Assembly: GCA_001938485.1 (NCBI GenBank)
Contig: MQRK01171103.1
Span: 1-64,000 of the forward strand
Source: Girardia tigrina
Taxonomy: Eukaryota
Direction of reading: 5' to 3'
Length of the DNA: 64,000 nucleotides
Shown here: positions 24,701 through 37,400 of the stretch, one piece after another
Layout of the letters: each line of letters opens with the position of its first letter
Position numbering within the stretch: position 1 is the first letter of the stretch
Notes under the pieces: model-generated
The model's database searches: none
The model's input: the letters and a program-made list of their open reading frames with translations, nothing else
Told to the model about the DNA's origin: nothing
Translations under genes and position numbers: made by a program

Positions 24701-24794
24701 AAATAATGGTTTATATCTTAATTTATACTTTCAGTTTTTGTTTTATAAAATGGCACAAAATATAAATTAAAAATTATACTGTTTCAAATCTTAC

Positions 24795-24946
24795 AGGATG
24801 CAATTTTCCTTTCCTTCTCGGCCTGTAGTCGCCCATGGGTGACGAAGACCATATGGCCGCTCAGATACTTGCCGCAGGTGCTGCTCTGGAATATCTGGCA
24901 AAATCCTTTTCCATCAGAATCATCCACAATAACGCGATTCTCATTA
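24795..24946 (-). CDS. ror: ROR-like receptor, exon F: start of CRD
   Basis: tttctag|T...TCCT|gtaaga, 152 nt, phase 2-1. Encodes NENRVIVDDSDGKGFCQIFQSSTCGKYLSGHMVFVTHGRLQAEKERKIAS, matching the ROR GFCQxxxxxxC pattern. Absent from the ORF track. Confidence 0.92.
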
Positions 24947-25910
24947 CTAGAAATAGGTTTACATTATTTCATTAAAAATGATTTCAATGTAATAAATTAT
25001 GCAGTTTTTAATCGAAAATTATCAGACCATTAATAAATCATAATTTTCCTTTAAACTTATTCTTAGAAATTAAGTATCTTATTATGATTATGTGTTGAAG
25101 AATTTGAATTTTCATTCATACCATAAGAAATTTTTGTGTTTAAGAAAAAAGTAATAATATCACAAATGCAAACTATTTAAATAAATTTATATTTTCAATT
25201 TTCTTAAATATCTGAAGTGTGAGGAATGTTTTGAAATGTTTGTAGATATTGTATATGCTGTATATGATTCGGATTGTGTCTCTCTACCCAGATGGATGAT
25301 TGGTATTTCTTTAATTCCTACTAATTTAAAATAATTTAATTTAGTTTTAAAGTAAAAAGATTGAAAATAATATTTGAATGTAATATTTAATTTTTAATGT
25401 AATTTAAAATTTTAATATATTAATTTAATATGTACTTTTATAAAATGTTTAGATTTAATTTAAACCTATTAGATTCTTTATAATTAATAATTTTTAATAA
25501 AAGCTTTTCATTTATCGAAAAAATTATCCATAAATATTTAATAATAACGTTTATAAAAGTTTATACGAAATGTTAATCATTTAGGCCATTTTAATATAAC
25601 ATTTGAAACGAAAAAATCTTGAATGAAATTTTATTTAAATGAATATTATGTCGGCTTTGTTCTTCCACAAAATCATTGCCAGTCAATAACTTATTATATT
25701 TCTCCTAAAAATATATTTCAATATTTTTGTCTAGAGCAGATTATTCTATCAAATTAACGAGATTAATATATGAATATCTGATATTTTAATTAATGATTTT
25801 TAAATAAAATATTAAAATAATAAATAAAATATTCAAAATTATGCTTTATAAGTGGTAAATGTTTTGATCAAACTTTAATACAGAAAAAGCAATATTAGAA
25901 GGAACCCTAC

Positions 25911-26357
25911 TGTGAGGGCTAATTTGGAATGTTGTAAGTTTGTTGTTTGTATGCTGTTTAGATTTGTGACTCACCTACTCAGATGGGATTGATATGTTTA
26001 TTTATTGATTATTTGAATCTAATGATATTAATTTTAAGTACTAATTAATTTAAGTTTTATAATTATGAATTTTAATAATATTTTTAGTAAAAAATTTTAA
26101 CTTATTAAATTTAATATATTTCAAAAATTAATGTTCACTTAAAAAAATTACGTTATGTCTTTTTATCCAATAAAATTTAAGAAATTAAAAATTAATATTA
26201 AAATCTTTCCCATTCATTGTTTTTTTTTAGATTTGAATACAGTAACAAAAACTATATCAATCAAAGAAAGATGCTCTCTGAAAATTGTTGTGAAGAATCT
26301 GTTTGTGTTGTCAATAAATGTTTACATTCAAATTGTGATGTTGTTAATACCTACACA
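25911..26357 (+). mobile_element. Putative solo LTR (about 447 bp)
   Basis: Begins TGTGAGG, ends CCTACACA (TG..CA, near-inverted termini) and contains AATAAA. Related 5' heads at 11327, 23935, 25218 and 50371. No clean TSD seen. Confidence 0.5.
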
Positions 26358-27483
26358 CAGCAATAATGACTGTTTCAAATAACTGACACCGATAAAGTGA
26401 TGGAAAAATTTGAAAGAAGTATCAGATCGTTTTGAAGAATATCGTTTTGTTTAGAATATTTATGTATTATTCAAAATTCTCATTTTTGTCGTTACTTTTC
26501 ATATTATTCGCGTAAAATTTATTGATTACACAAATTAAATAAAATTAAGTTCCATTCAAAGAAGATTCATTTTCAAGAACTAAATTTTTTGAATGATTTT
26601 TTTACTTAAAGAAGAGAATTAAAATCAAATTAATTTTATTAAAATCCAAGTGTGCGTCAGATTTCAGTAGACCCGCTTCCACCTTTTGCTTATGACTTTT
26701 TTGATTAATTCAATTTAAATAATCACAATTCTCTCATTCCTAACAAAAATGATTTTCTTTATAGTTTGATTAGATGTCAAATATTGTTCTGTTGAAATAT
26801 TAAATATATTTGAAGGAATAGATTTTTTTCTAAAAATAATACTAACTAAATTCTGTTTGATAGTATAAATCAATCATTTCCAGATTTCCTAATGAGTAGT
26901 TTTCAATTTTCAAATTATCCGTATAAATTAATCAATTATTTTTCCATTTAATTATGGAGATTTCTACAGAGACTCGCATCAACGAACCCCCTCCCGCCGA
27001 ATCCTTACACAATGCATCTGATATAATATGTAACGAATTCTGCTCATAATTCTCTGTAAATCTTTATACGACACAGCAGTCAGAATAAAAGTATTTTTCT
27101 AACTAAAAATTTTTAAATTTTTATTGAATTTTATTTTTAGAGTTAAATGATGATAGTGAAAGATATCGCAAATATATGGCATAACATGTAAACAATAAGG
27201 AAACAAACTTGCGGTACTAATTTTAGAGACTATAATTATTTTTATTTCTATGAGGGGTTAGTTTTAAGTTTCGCCAAAATAGTTTATTATTTTTTTAATT
27301 TGAAAATTTAAAAGAAATAAATTAACAATTACAATGTAAGTAAAAATATGATAATAAATACTTATTTAAAATATGTTTACAGTAATAACAATTAACATAT
27401 TTTAATAAAAGTTATAGAATAAGCTAAATAAATTTTAATTAACGGATTAATATTTTCAGAAATATTTTTTTAATAAAATAGTT

Positions 27484-27616
27484 ATTGTAAATTTTTGTAA
27501 GAAAATGTAAATTATTTAAGGGTAAAATTTTTGTAAAAATATAAGATTAATTAAGATTTAATATTGTAAATTTTTTGTAAAAAAATGTAAGATTATTTTA
27601 GATTTAAATTTTTGTA
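27484..27616. repeat. Degenerate AT-rich minisatellite
   Basis: Repeated TAAATTTTTGTAA..A(A)TGTAA(G)ATTATTT units. Confidence 0.55.
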
Positions 27617-28619
27617 TATTTTCAAAATTTAATCGAAAAAATTAATGAACTAATTTTGGGCGAAATAATTGAATTAACAAGAAATTTGTTTAAGTTAGGA
27701 ATTGTAAATATTAATAAATTTTTGGTGGTGTTAAATTATGGCTTTAGAAGGTGATAATAATGAAAGTGGCATAAACGCTACTTACAATTTCAATTAAAGT
27801 TTTTTCAATAATAAATTTTAGCATTTTAATCGAGATCTTTAATGTCAAAATCAGTAATAGTTAGATTACATAAATGTGCTATAAAACCAATCGACCCTTG
27901 TAAAATTAAAATTAATCTACTCCTTTTAAGTTGGAAATTTCATCTAGATCTACCCTATCGCGACAGTTGAATGAAACATTGTTTTTAAATGACAAATATA
28001 ATAAAAACTATTAACATTTATTGTTAAAATTTATTAATGTATTCAAGCGATTTTTTCTGAATATAAAGAAATTAAAAAAGATAAATTATTATTAAAAGTT
28101 TACAATTAAGTTTTTTTCTATATTTTACAAAGTAGTTTTCAGTAAAATATAATATTCTCAAATTCTGTAACTCAGTTGACAACTGAACCTGATAAAAATG
28201 AAATTTGACGGTCTGGAAGGAAATCTAATGAGAAAATTTGATGCAGTTTTGTGGGATTTGACTCTACTTGCAGCCTTACAGGAATACATTTGTTCCGTAT
28301 TCCGGGAGATTACGGAGAGAGAAAACATTATCTGATGGCAACGGCAGACAACTGGGGCATTGTTTCACTCACATTTATCAGTCTTTGAACTTAAAAAATT
28401 TCATTGAATTGTTGCAGAATATTCTTCTTAAAACAATAGACTTATAGAAGCTGATATCAGATAGTAATTTATATTTAACACATAATCTACTGTTATATAT
28501 ATATAATTAATAAATAATTATAAAGGATATATAACCATTGAAAAAAATATTTATGATTTTAATTCTGAAACTATTTCTTTTTATTATTCTTTGAAAATAT
28601 TTTTGAAAATGATTTATTA

Positions 28620-30105
28620 AGCGATTAAAGCTTGCCCATAAGTCCACATCCTTTTTTATACACCAAAGTCAAGCGCAAACTACATACGTATTTAAGATTC
28701 TATGTACTACAAATGAAAGAATAATTGTTCATAAATTGTATTGTATATTCTACTAAATTCTGTAAAAATATAAGCAGTGTCAAAGTGGTTTCAATGAATT
28801 CTATAGTTCAAAGCTTCCTCTAAAATGAATAAAAACCGATTTGTGGATTTTAAGCTAATATGGTTTATAAATTTAATTGTCTCGGGTATTAAATCTCGTA
28901 CATTGGAGAGATAAATCGTCATCTCTAAACCCGGATTAGTGAGCATTCAAAATCAAGTCGATTGAGTAAGGTTCTTCATCATTGGTACATTGTAAAAATA
29001 AAATTTCGTCCGTTTCAAAGGATGAGTTTTCTGTTTAAAAACGGGCATTGATTTACACTATATATGAATCATTATTGATAAGACACTACAACCGGTTAAA
29101 GAAACTTTCTAAATGGACAAAGTAAAGCCGTTTGAATTCTTAAAATCGTTAATTAAAATAAATGAAAAAAATGTCATTAGACGGATACCGTGCCTCCACA
29201 TTAAATTAAAACTCTGAGAAAATCGAAATTTTCTTTGTTAGGAGTCGTTTGTGATAATGTGGGTTACCGAAAATTATAAAACTTTTAACTTCGAAAATAT
29301 TTTCCGTTTTATTGAGTAATTCGAGTTCATTAACGAAAGCTTGACAATCTTCTTCCCTGATAACCGGATCGATTTTCTGTCGTTTGGTCGAGGTCATTTT
29401 GTCAATGATAAAGTCAAATAATTGGAGATCGATTGAGCAGTGTTCTGGTTTTTTAAATACGAAGAGATAAGAAAGCGAAAGTCATGAAAGTTTAAGAGAA
29501 TTCAAATTTTTATTATTAATTTTTATTGGAAATGAAAATAAACCCACTGTAAATGAAAAGCAACCCGTAAACTTTTATTTTTCATTGTCATTACATTGTT
29601 TTTGAAGACTGCACAATCACGCAAACAAATTTGATTAAATTACTTTATTTAAACAAACACAATTTGAATTTTCGATAGTTAACAATTCAATGTCTTTAAA
29701 AATATTCCATAATTTTCATACATATTCGCGTGTTATATTTGAAAATGTTTGATAATTATCTTTAATTTGCTTTATTTAATTATTTTTTATTTAATTATTT
29801 TTATTAAATTACTTTTTTTAATTTAATTATTTTAATTAGTTATTTTATTAATTATATAATTTATTTATATACAATCCTTAAATTTTGGCAAAATGTTCGG
29901 TCAATGAACAATTTACTGCTCCAGTCATTATTATCCAAAAAAATCATAAAAAAATTTATATTAACTGATGAAATCTCGCATTGGTTAACATTTTATTATC
30001 TTACAAATTACATTTTAATTGATAAAAATGGAAAATGAAGTTTCGAAACATGTACAAAAATTAATTTCTTTAAAAAGCTTTAACATAACATTTCAAATAA
30101 ATAAA
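28620..30105 (+). mobile_element. Degenerate Penelope-like element (plus strand), interrupted
   Basis: VYKFNCLGY*ISYIGEINRHL*TRISEH (GIY-YIG) at about 28863-28946 and the IRHYN...NGQSKAV C-terminus at about 29078-29135. A pLTR tail with a decayed hammerhead (GAAACATGT at 30045) resembles 9860-9950. Confidence 0.75.
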
Positions 30106-30111
30106 TATATA

Positions 30112-30146
<35 letters not shown>

Positions 30147-30152
<6 letters not shown>

Positions 30153-31303
30153 AATCTTGTGAACGCAAGTTTGGTATTTCGAAAATATAATTTGATTAAA
30201 GCTTTTTTATATAATTATTGGACATGTTTCGATGTTTACATACATCATCATCAGCAATTTTCGGATGTTTAGTAAATGAATATTGAATTGCTTGAATAAT
30301 ACAATTTTAATAAATATAATTTAAATTAAAAGGTGACGAAGAAATTAAACATTTTTATTTATGAAAATATTATTGGGTAATAATGGCAAAAATATTTTAA
30401 AAATTTTAAGTATTGAAATAATCTTACTTTGTCCATTCTGAATGTTAATTGATGGGTTGTAGTGTCTTATTAGTATAGATTCACAAAACTGTCGTTCGTA
30501 ATGTGAATCAAAACCCTTTTGTAAAACAGAAAACTCATCTTTTGAAATGGANNNNNNNNNNNNNNNNNNNNNNNNNNNNNNNNNNNNNNNNNNNNNNNNN
30601 NNNNNNNNNNNNNNNNNNNNNNNNNNNNNNNNNNNNNNNTTTGTCTCTCCGATGTACGAGTTTTGACACCCATGACAATTAAATTTATATACCAGATTAG
30701 CTTGCAAATCACAAACTGTTTTCGATTTGTTTGAGAGGAAACTTTGAACTTTGGATGTAACAGAGAGTACGTATTGTTCTACAAATACTCTTCTTAAATG
30801 CTCTAAATTCTTCAGAATATGGAATTTTAATGATTTGTTTGTATTCTTCAGTATTTTCTTGTTTTAATTATTTTTTAACTCGTGCATCTATACATAATTT
30901 GTCTAATGTTATCTTAATGTTGTGTTTTATTTGCTTGTTTGTATACATATTGTCCCTCAAGCGCCTTCTAAGAATATTTAAACCGTGATTTGCAATTTCA
31001 AAACTGGACGACAAATTCCAAACTCTGTGAACAAGCCCTTTGATCATACCCTCTCTGTATTTTTCCTCACAAAAACTCTGTGGTGTTGTGTAAAGACCTG
31101 TATCTGNNNCCTTTCTGAATAATTCAGTTTTATAGCCTCCATTCATCCTAGTGACAAGAATGTCCAGAAAGGGAAGTTTATTATCTACTTCCAATTCTGT
31201 GGTAAATTTAATATTCGGATGTAGACCATTCATGAATTTTAGGAATGGTTCTATGAGTGGTCCAATAATTATATAAAAAAGCTTTAATCAAATTATATTT
31301 TCG

Positions 31304-31306
<3 letters not shown>
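30147..31306 (-). mobile_element. 5'-truncated Penelope-like element (RT C-terminal part, GIY-YIG endonuclease, pLTR) inserted in a (TA)n array
   Basis: ORFs MNGLHPNIKFTTELEVDNKLPFLDILV... and VYKFNCHGCQNSYIGET...ESILIRHYNPSINIQ. (TA)n lies on both flanks. A 47-bp perfect inverted repeat at 30177-30223 and 31260-31306. Confidence 0.92.
30217..30260 (-). ncRNA. Minimal type I hammerhead ribozyme (Penelope pLTR type)
   Basis: Minus strand reads ATTG-CTGATGA-T-GATGT atgtaa ACATC-GAAA-CATG-TC|CAAT: intact core, stem I ATTG/CAAT, 5-bp stem II, palindromic ACATGT stem III and GUC cleavage triplet. Confidence 0.85.
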
Positions 31307-31345
<39 letters not shown>

Positions 31346-32267
31346 CTAACTTTTAAACATTTTAATGAAATGCTAAGGAATAATTAGATAAATATAAATT
31401 TAAAAATTTTTTTTCATAAATAAAAGCTGAAAATGTCAGTGGAAAATTAAAAACTGCAAAAAAATAAATTGAAAATCCAATAAAACATTATATTATATTT
31501 ACTTTTTATATTTTTCATTAAAATTCTATTAATATAAAATTTTAAATAGCTTATTTAAATATTATGTTAAAATGTATTGATTTATATCAAGTTTATTAAT
31601 TTTATTTGAAACATTAATTAATTAAATCGTTTTAATAAAATCTGAAAGTTGTTTTACTATTCCTTTATTGGAAATAAACATTTGGATAATAAAATTAGAT
31701 AATTTGTATTCTGTAATAAAAAATTGGCACTGAAACGTTTTAATTCAAATTTTATTCTCCAAATGGCATGGGCAATAACCGATATCAATGACTCCCGAGC
31801 TGCGAAGGTTAATAGAAGCAATTAACTTGTTCCTTTTCTATTTAATTAAACAATTACATAACAATTTCAATAAAATTTTATTTCCCTTTAAATACTCATC
31901 CGATATTGAAAATTATTCATTGACATTAAAATATGGTGACCACCTTTTCCTGTTCAATCTTCAAGTTATATAGGAGGTACTATTTACTTAACCTTAAAAT
32001 TTGCTCCAACGGCTCCCATTAATATTCTTCGCAATTTCTCACAATTGTTAAGCTAAAATCTTATTTTTATTATTACATTTTAAAAGTCAACAATTTTTAA
32101 TTAGAAGATTTATATTCTTTATTTTTAAGACGTGAAATGTTTACATGTTATCTTTAATTATACTACTTAAACTTTTTAAAAAAGAAATTCCTATAATAAA
32201 AAGATCACTATAATATTTTCATATCACTGCATACATTTTATTCAGATATATAGCCATTATTTTATTT

Positions 32268-32313
<46 letters not shown>

Positions 32314-32496
32314 ATCCGGAGTATCGTATAAGTAACACACTGTATCGGATGGTGGCTAGGTTTTTGTGAATTCACATATAAAGAAGAAAAGGTAAAGAAA
32401 GTCAATCAATAATATTGTTTAAAAATTTAATGTTGACCAAATTAATCATTCTATAAAACAGTCATACACGATTAAGGTAAAATTATGACAACTTAC

Positions 32497-32530
32497 TCCA
32501 TTTTTGTGGGTTTATTGTTGACTGTTGACT
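32497..32530 (-). CDS. ror: ROR-like receptor, exon E: 34-nt Ig-CRD linker microexon
   Basis: tttttttcag|AG...GGA|gtaagt, phase 1-2. Exactly bridges exon D (ends phase 1) and exon F (starts phase 2). Encodes (K)STVNNKPTKM(D). Confidence 0.82.
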
Positions 32531-33951
32531 CTGAAAAAAATGAAAAGATTGAGAAAAAAATCCATTAAAAGTTTAAATATCAATATACTAAAATTATTTT
32601 AAATGATTAAATATACATTAGCAAATAATCATTAACTGAACCCGACATGCATCAGTCGATAAGAATGGTCTTTTAATTTACTAAAATCGATGAGTCAAAA
32701 TTGTTAAAGTTTATATATCGATGATGTTTAATAAATTTGATAAATCAGAAGCGGAAAAATCAAATCTCCCATCTCAACCGAAACCGACAAGACAGAAGGG
32801 AGACTGAAAGAAAATTGAAATTTGAAAATAATCAGGGAACGAAAAGTAATAATAACAAAAAGAGTAATAAGGAAATATGTTTTAATTGTTAATTAAGAAT
32901 CGGAGAAATGCAAGGGTATATTAGTCATTGAGTAAATTCGTCATTATTTTCTCTCAATTCAGTGATAAATTCGATGTAAACCGAAATATGAACACACTCG
33001 AACCAACTTGTCATTTATTAGGGGGAAACAACAACAGCAACCCTTCATCTGAGAGCAAGTTTTGTCTCTGGGGTCCCACCCTGTGACTCAGCCACTCGGC
33101 TCGCAGCAATTGTCTATGACTGTTCTGCGACTGATCGAGTGTTTGATGAGAATTTTGTAATTGGGATCGTGAATGTGTGTGTATGAGTGTGTGCGTGTAT
33201 TTGAGATAGGAGTACGTGCGCACCGGCAAATGCTTTGGATGAGCGAATGCATCTCTCGTAGGCATATTTCTGCGATACGTGAATAATTCAATTTTGATAT
33301 GCGTCAGAAATTATTGTTTTAATTCTGGACAAGTAGATCACCAGAACACCATTTTATCTATGACTTTGGGACAATTATTTAAAAAAAAATCATATTGAAA
33401 AATTGAAGATATACGCGAATTTAAAAATTATTTTTAGTCAGTTTATTTATGTAATATGATTTTTTTCAGTTTTTTTTAAAAAAAATAATATTTATTCAAT
33501 TATTAAAATTCCATTAAAATTAATTATTACTTATTAATTAAATTTATTTTATTAATTTAATGATTTTTATTTAATTGTGAATTTGGAAAATATTTTTTCA
33601 ATTTTCTTTTATTGATAAAAATTATTTTGGTTAATTTTACAAAAAGAAATAAAAGATAAAAAATCGAATTCTTCTTTTCTTTTCTAAAATTGTTTTTTGT
33701 TGGGAATAATTCAGATTTGAAACATGCAATTGCATTTATCGAATTTGGAGAAATGGATAAATTTAATTATTTATTTAAATATTTAAGTAACATTTCCATT
33801 ATTTATTGATTATTCTGCAGTATCGGTCTGTGGGGGATAGAATATTGGTAATATCGCCATTTCCCCATTTCTCCAAACCTCCCCTCGCATTGTTGATCTG
33901 ATTTCAGATCATTTTATTTTCGAGATGAAGCAGAACAATATGTTTATGCAT

Positions 33952-34491
33952 AACATGACCCAACATATTTTCAACTCCTTTGCCAAATATTTGACTTAAA
34001 TTTGAACCACTGATACATGGATCTGGATTTTGTCTCTTGAGACTGGGCTTATTGAGAATTAAAACTAATGAATTCTTTTTACCAATGATACTTTTTATAT
34101 AATAATTATTTTAATTTTGATAAGACATTGTTAACAAATTAATTTAACTGTTATGCTTTCGTGAAGAATATTTTCATTAGTTTTACACAAACTTTAAAAA
34201 TACATGTATTATTTTAAATTACTTTTACTATTATTTATAAATCAATACTATAGTAAAATATTTGAAATTCCAAAATTTATATACTTTTCAAACTCTTGGT
34301 AAAAAGAATTCATTAGTTTTAATTCTCAATAAGCCCAGTCTCAAGAGACAAAATCCAGATCCATGTATCAGTGGTTCAAATTTAAGTCAAATATTTGGCA
34401 AAGGAGTTGAAAATATGTTGGGTCATGTTTTATAAATAATAGTAAAAGTAGTTTTAAAAAATACATGTTTTTAAAGTTTGTAAATAACTAA
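33952..34491. repeat. Interlocked inverted repeats A-B-A'-B'
   Basis: A (33952-34085) is the exact reverse complement of A' (34296-34429), 134 bp. B (about 34177-34241) is an imperfect reverse complement of B' (about 34429-34491). Confidence 0.9.
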
Positions 34492-37400
34492 AAAAACATA
34501 TATTCAAGATTTACCTTAAAATAAATTGGGAAATTCAGAAAAAATGTTTGAAAAATGTTACCAAGGAAGGATACTAAGGAAATAATTAGTCAGTAGGCTT
34601 CTGTAATACTTAACAATGATCCAGACTGGTTCAATTCAAGGCAGTATCAATTCAAAACCTTTATCCATTTAATATTATATTCATTATCGGAATCATAAAT
34701 TGTCTATAGGAAAAAGGAAAGGATAAAAGAAATATTAAAACTTTGCACTTATAATTTATTTATTTATTTTGATGAATGCAAAATTAAAGGAGCTTCTTTA
34801 TGCATTTACCAGAAATTTCTCTACCAGAATAAAAGAAAATAATATGCAATGATTAAAAATGCATTTAAGTATTGGGCGACTAGACATGAATACTGAAAGA
34901 ATTATTCCTCAAACAATTGTCCAGAATAACAAACTCATGATCTGTAGAATAAGGTGGTTCATGGTTTTTAGTTTTGAAATTGTTGTACCTTGAAATTATC
35001 TATAAAATTAATTTTCCTTACATTCGAAGATTTGTTTATAAACCTTTTTTATCAAATCACATCCCTCTCAAAACTCTAGTTTTAATTTATATAATTGGAA
35101 AACCATATAAGGACTTAAACATCACTAATTGATGATTAAAAGGTATTCAAATAAGCATTTAGTTTCACTTTAATTTGTTTCTTAAGTATATTTTAAAAAG
35201 TTACTAAAACTTATTAAGAACTCAAAATCTTCCTTTCCAAGAGCAGACAGCTGCTGCTTTTAAGATATGCTTTCTAATTTATGAATCACTTTTATTTTAT
35301 TTTTTCTGTTCAATATTTTATTGTGTCAAATATAATTTTTGACAACTTTTACTGATTTTCAAATGTAAAAAATTAAGAAATTTTTTTTAACACTTAGAGA
35401 TAATTTCAAAAAATAATATAATAATTTAAAAAAGCTCATTTGTCTAATTTGTGATTCTTAAAGCAAGCCATTTCCTTTTTTTATACAAAATTAAAAATAT
35501 CTTTCTTGAATTAAAAAGAAATTAGATGAAATTTCTTTTTTTCATACCTGAGCTCAGCAAAATTCACATCAAGACTGAATTAATGCATTCTGTCGTATTT
35601 ACTACAAAAATATTTTTCTTGTTACAAGGAATGACACATATTTCTTTACGTATTTCTATAGGAAAAAGAAAGGATGTAAAAATTTACGTTAACTAGAAAT
35701 ATTAAAAAATTGCACTTTTATCAACAAATTACTCAATACCTCATTGGAACGAACAAAATTTGCAGTTAATTTACAAAAACGTCTTCCAAATCGCTCAACC
35801 ATGTACAAATAAAGTAGTGAAAAGAGAAGAGAAAAGGAACTAACATTTTTAAGGGAAAAAATCCCAATCAACTGTCAATCATATACTCATTCAAAAGAAA
35901 ATATACAAATTGGTTATTAAACTTATAAATAAAAGTACTATTTAAAAGATTCTTAATTCATTTTCCTAACAGGAAAAGCCTTGTTTTATGTTAAGTAAAC
36001 ATTTTTTATAGGAAATAAACAACCAATATTTTTTTACTATATTTCTAATTAGAACTAATTAAAATCCTACCACAAATGAATATAATGGCACTTTGTCAAA
36101 AATATACGGGGATAAAATCTTATCTAGATTTTATTAAATCCTTAAATTTTGACAGAAGTTTTTTATTTTTAATGAAAATATCTGACAAAAACAATTCTAA
36201 GAAATTAAATAATTTAATAACATTTAATTAAAAAAAATAAGTAAATAATATTTGATCCCAAAAATTTATAATCACTCGTATGTAGATTTGGAAATTATTA
36301 ATTTCACAACCACAGAAAGAGATAAATTAGAAAATTAACAAAAAAATTACGAAATGAAATATTCATTTTCAATGTATTAATAAATTTAGCAATTTGATTT
36401 ATTATTATAAATACGTAAGGACAAATACGAGCGCAAGACTGTCTGTTCCAGGAGCGGCTTATCCTGCCACTTCTAAGTAATTAGTTTTTCTGAAAATTAA
36501 AGATTTTCAAAAGAGTAGGGAAAAAGTGCAGTGAATTATTTAATTAATACTCAGCATATGATTGAGATAGAATTAGATGGGGAGAACATTTCTATGAGTG
36601 AGGTATGAGAGGAGATATCGGTAACGGAGGGTGACGGAAACAGCTGTAGTAGATTTAATGATCAAATGTTTACAAATGACTCATTTTGAGACGTTTTTGC
36701 TTTAGTTTCTTTTATTTATTATCACAATTTCTGTATTTTTCAATAAATTATCGTTTTTCATAAGGTTAATAACACATCATAAGCATCTTTGTTCCTTTTG
36801 ATCTTTTTTGGATTTTACAAATTATTACAAAATCATTTATTCCTTTAGTTGAATCATCGAAATATTTCATTACTTAATTAAAAAAAAGAAAAACAGAACT
36901 TTAACATTAGGTTTTCGAATAACAAATTTATTAATAACATCAGTACTTCCATAATAAAAAATATTTGTCATTTAAAATTTATTTACAATAAAGTTTTATA
37001 AAATAATAATATAAAAGAATAAATTAAAGCTAATGTAAAATAAAACAATATTATATAAAAAATAATAAGAAAAAATACAATTTAATGTCACTTCTAATAT
37101 TTACTGGAGATAAAATATATTGACTGCTTTGTAATCATATTTGATCATTGAATATTTGGTTTTTTTACTGATTTTAAAAAGAAGTATCAATTAAAGTAAG
37201 ATTTAAGAAATTTGGGCAAGTGCTTTTTGAATCACTACTCATTAGAAATGTATCTAGCAATACTCTTACAAAATAATGATGTCAGTGTGGACAGGTACAC
37301 GTCCGCGGCTCTTCGACGCAGGGTGAGGGTTCTCTTGGTTGTGGGTGAATTACAGTTGACGTTGAAATTCAAATGGAACTTACATAACCCCATCACAACT

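Noticed and set aside
35548-35601. Exon-like segment tttttgtag|...CTCAG|gtatga on the minus strand
   Set aside because: Stops in all three frames from the main acceptor, and exons D-E-F already join in phase without it. At most a poison exon, with no support.
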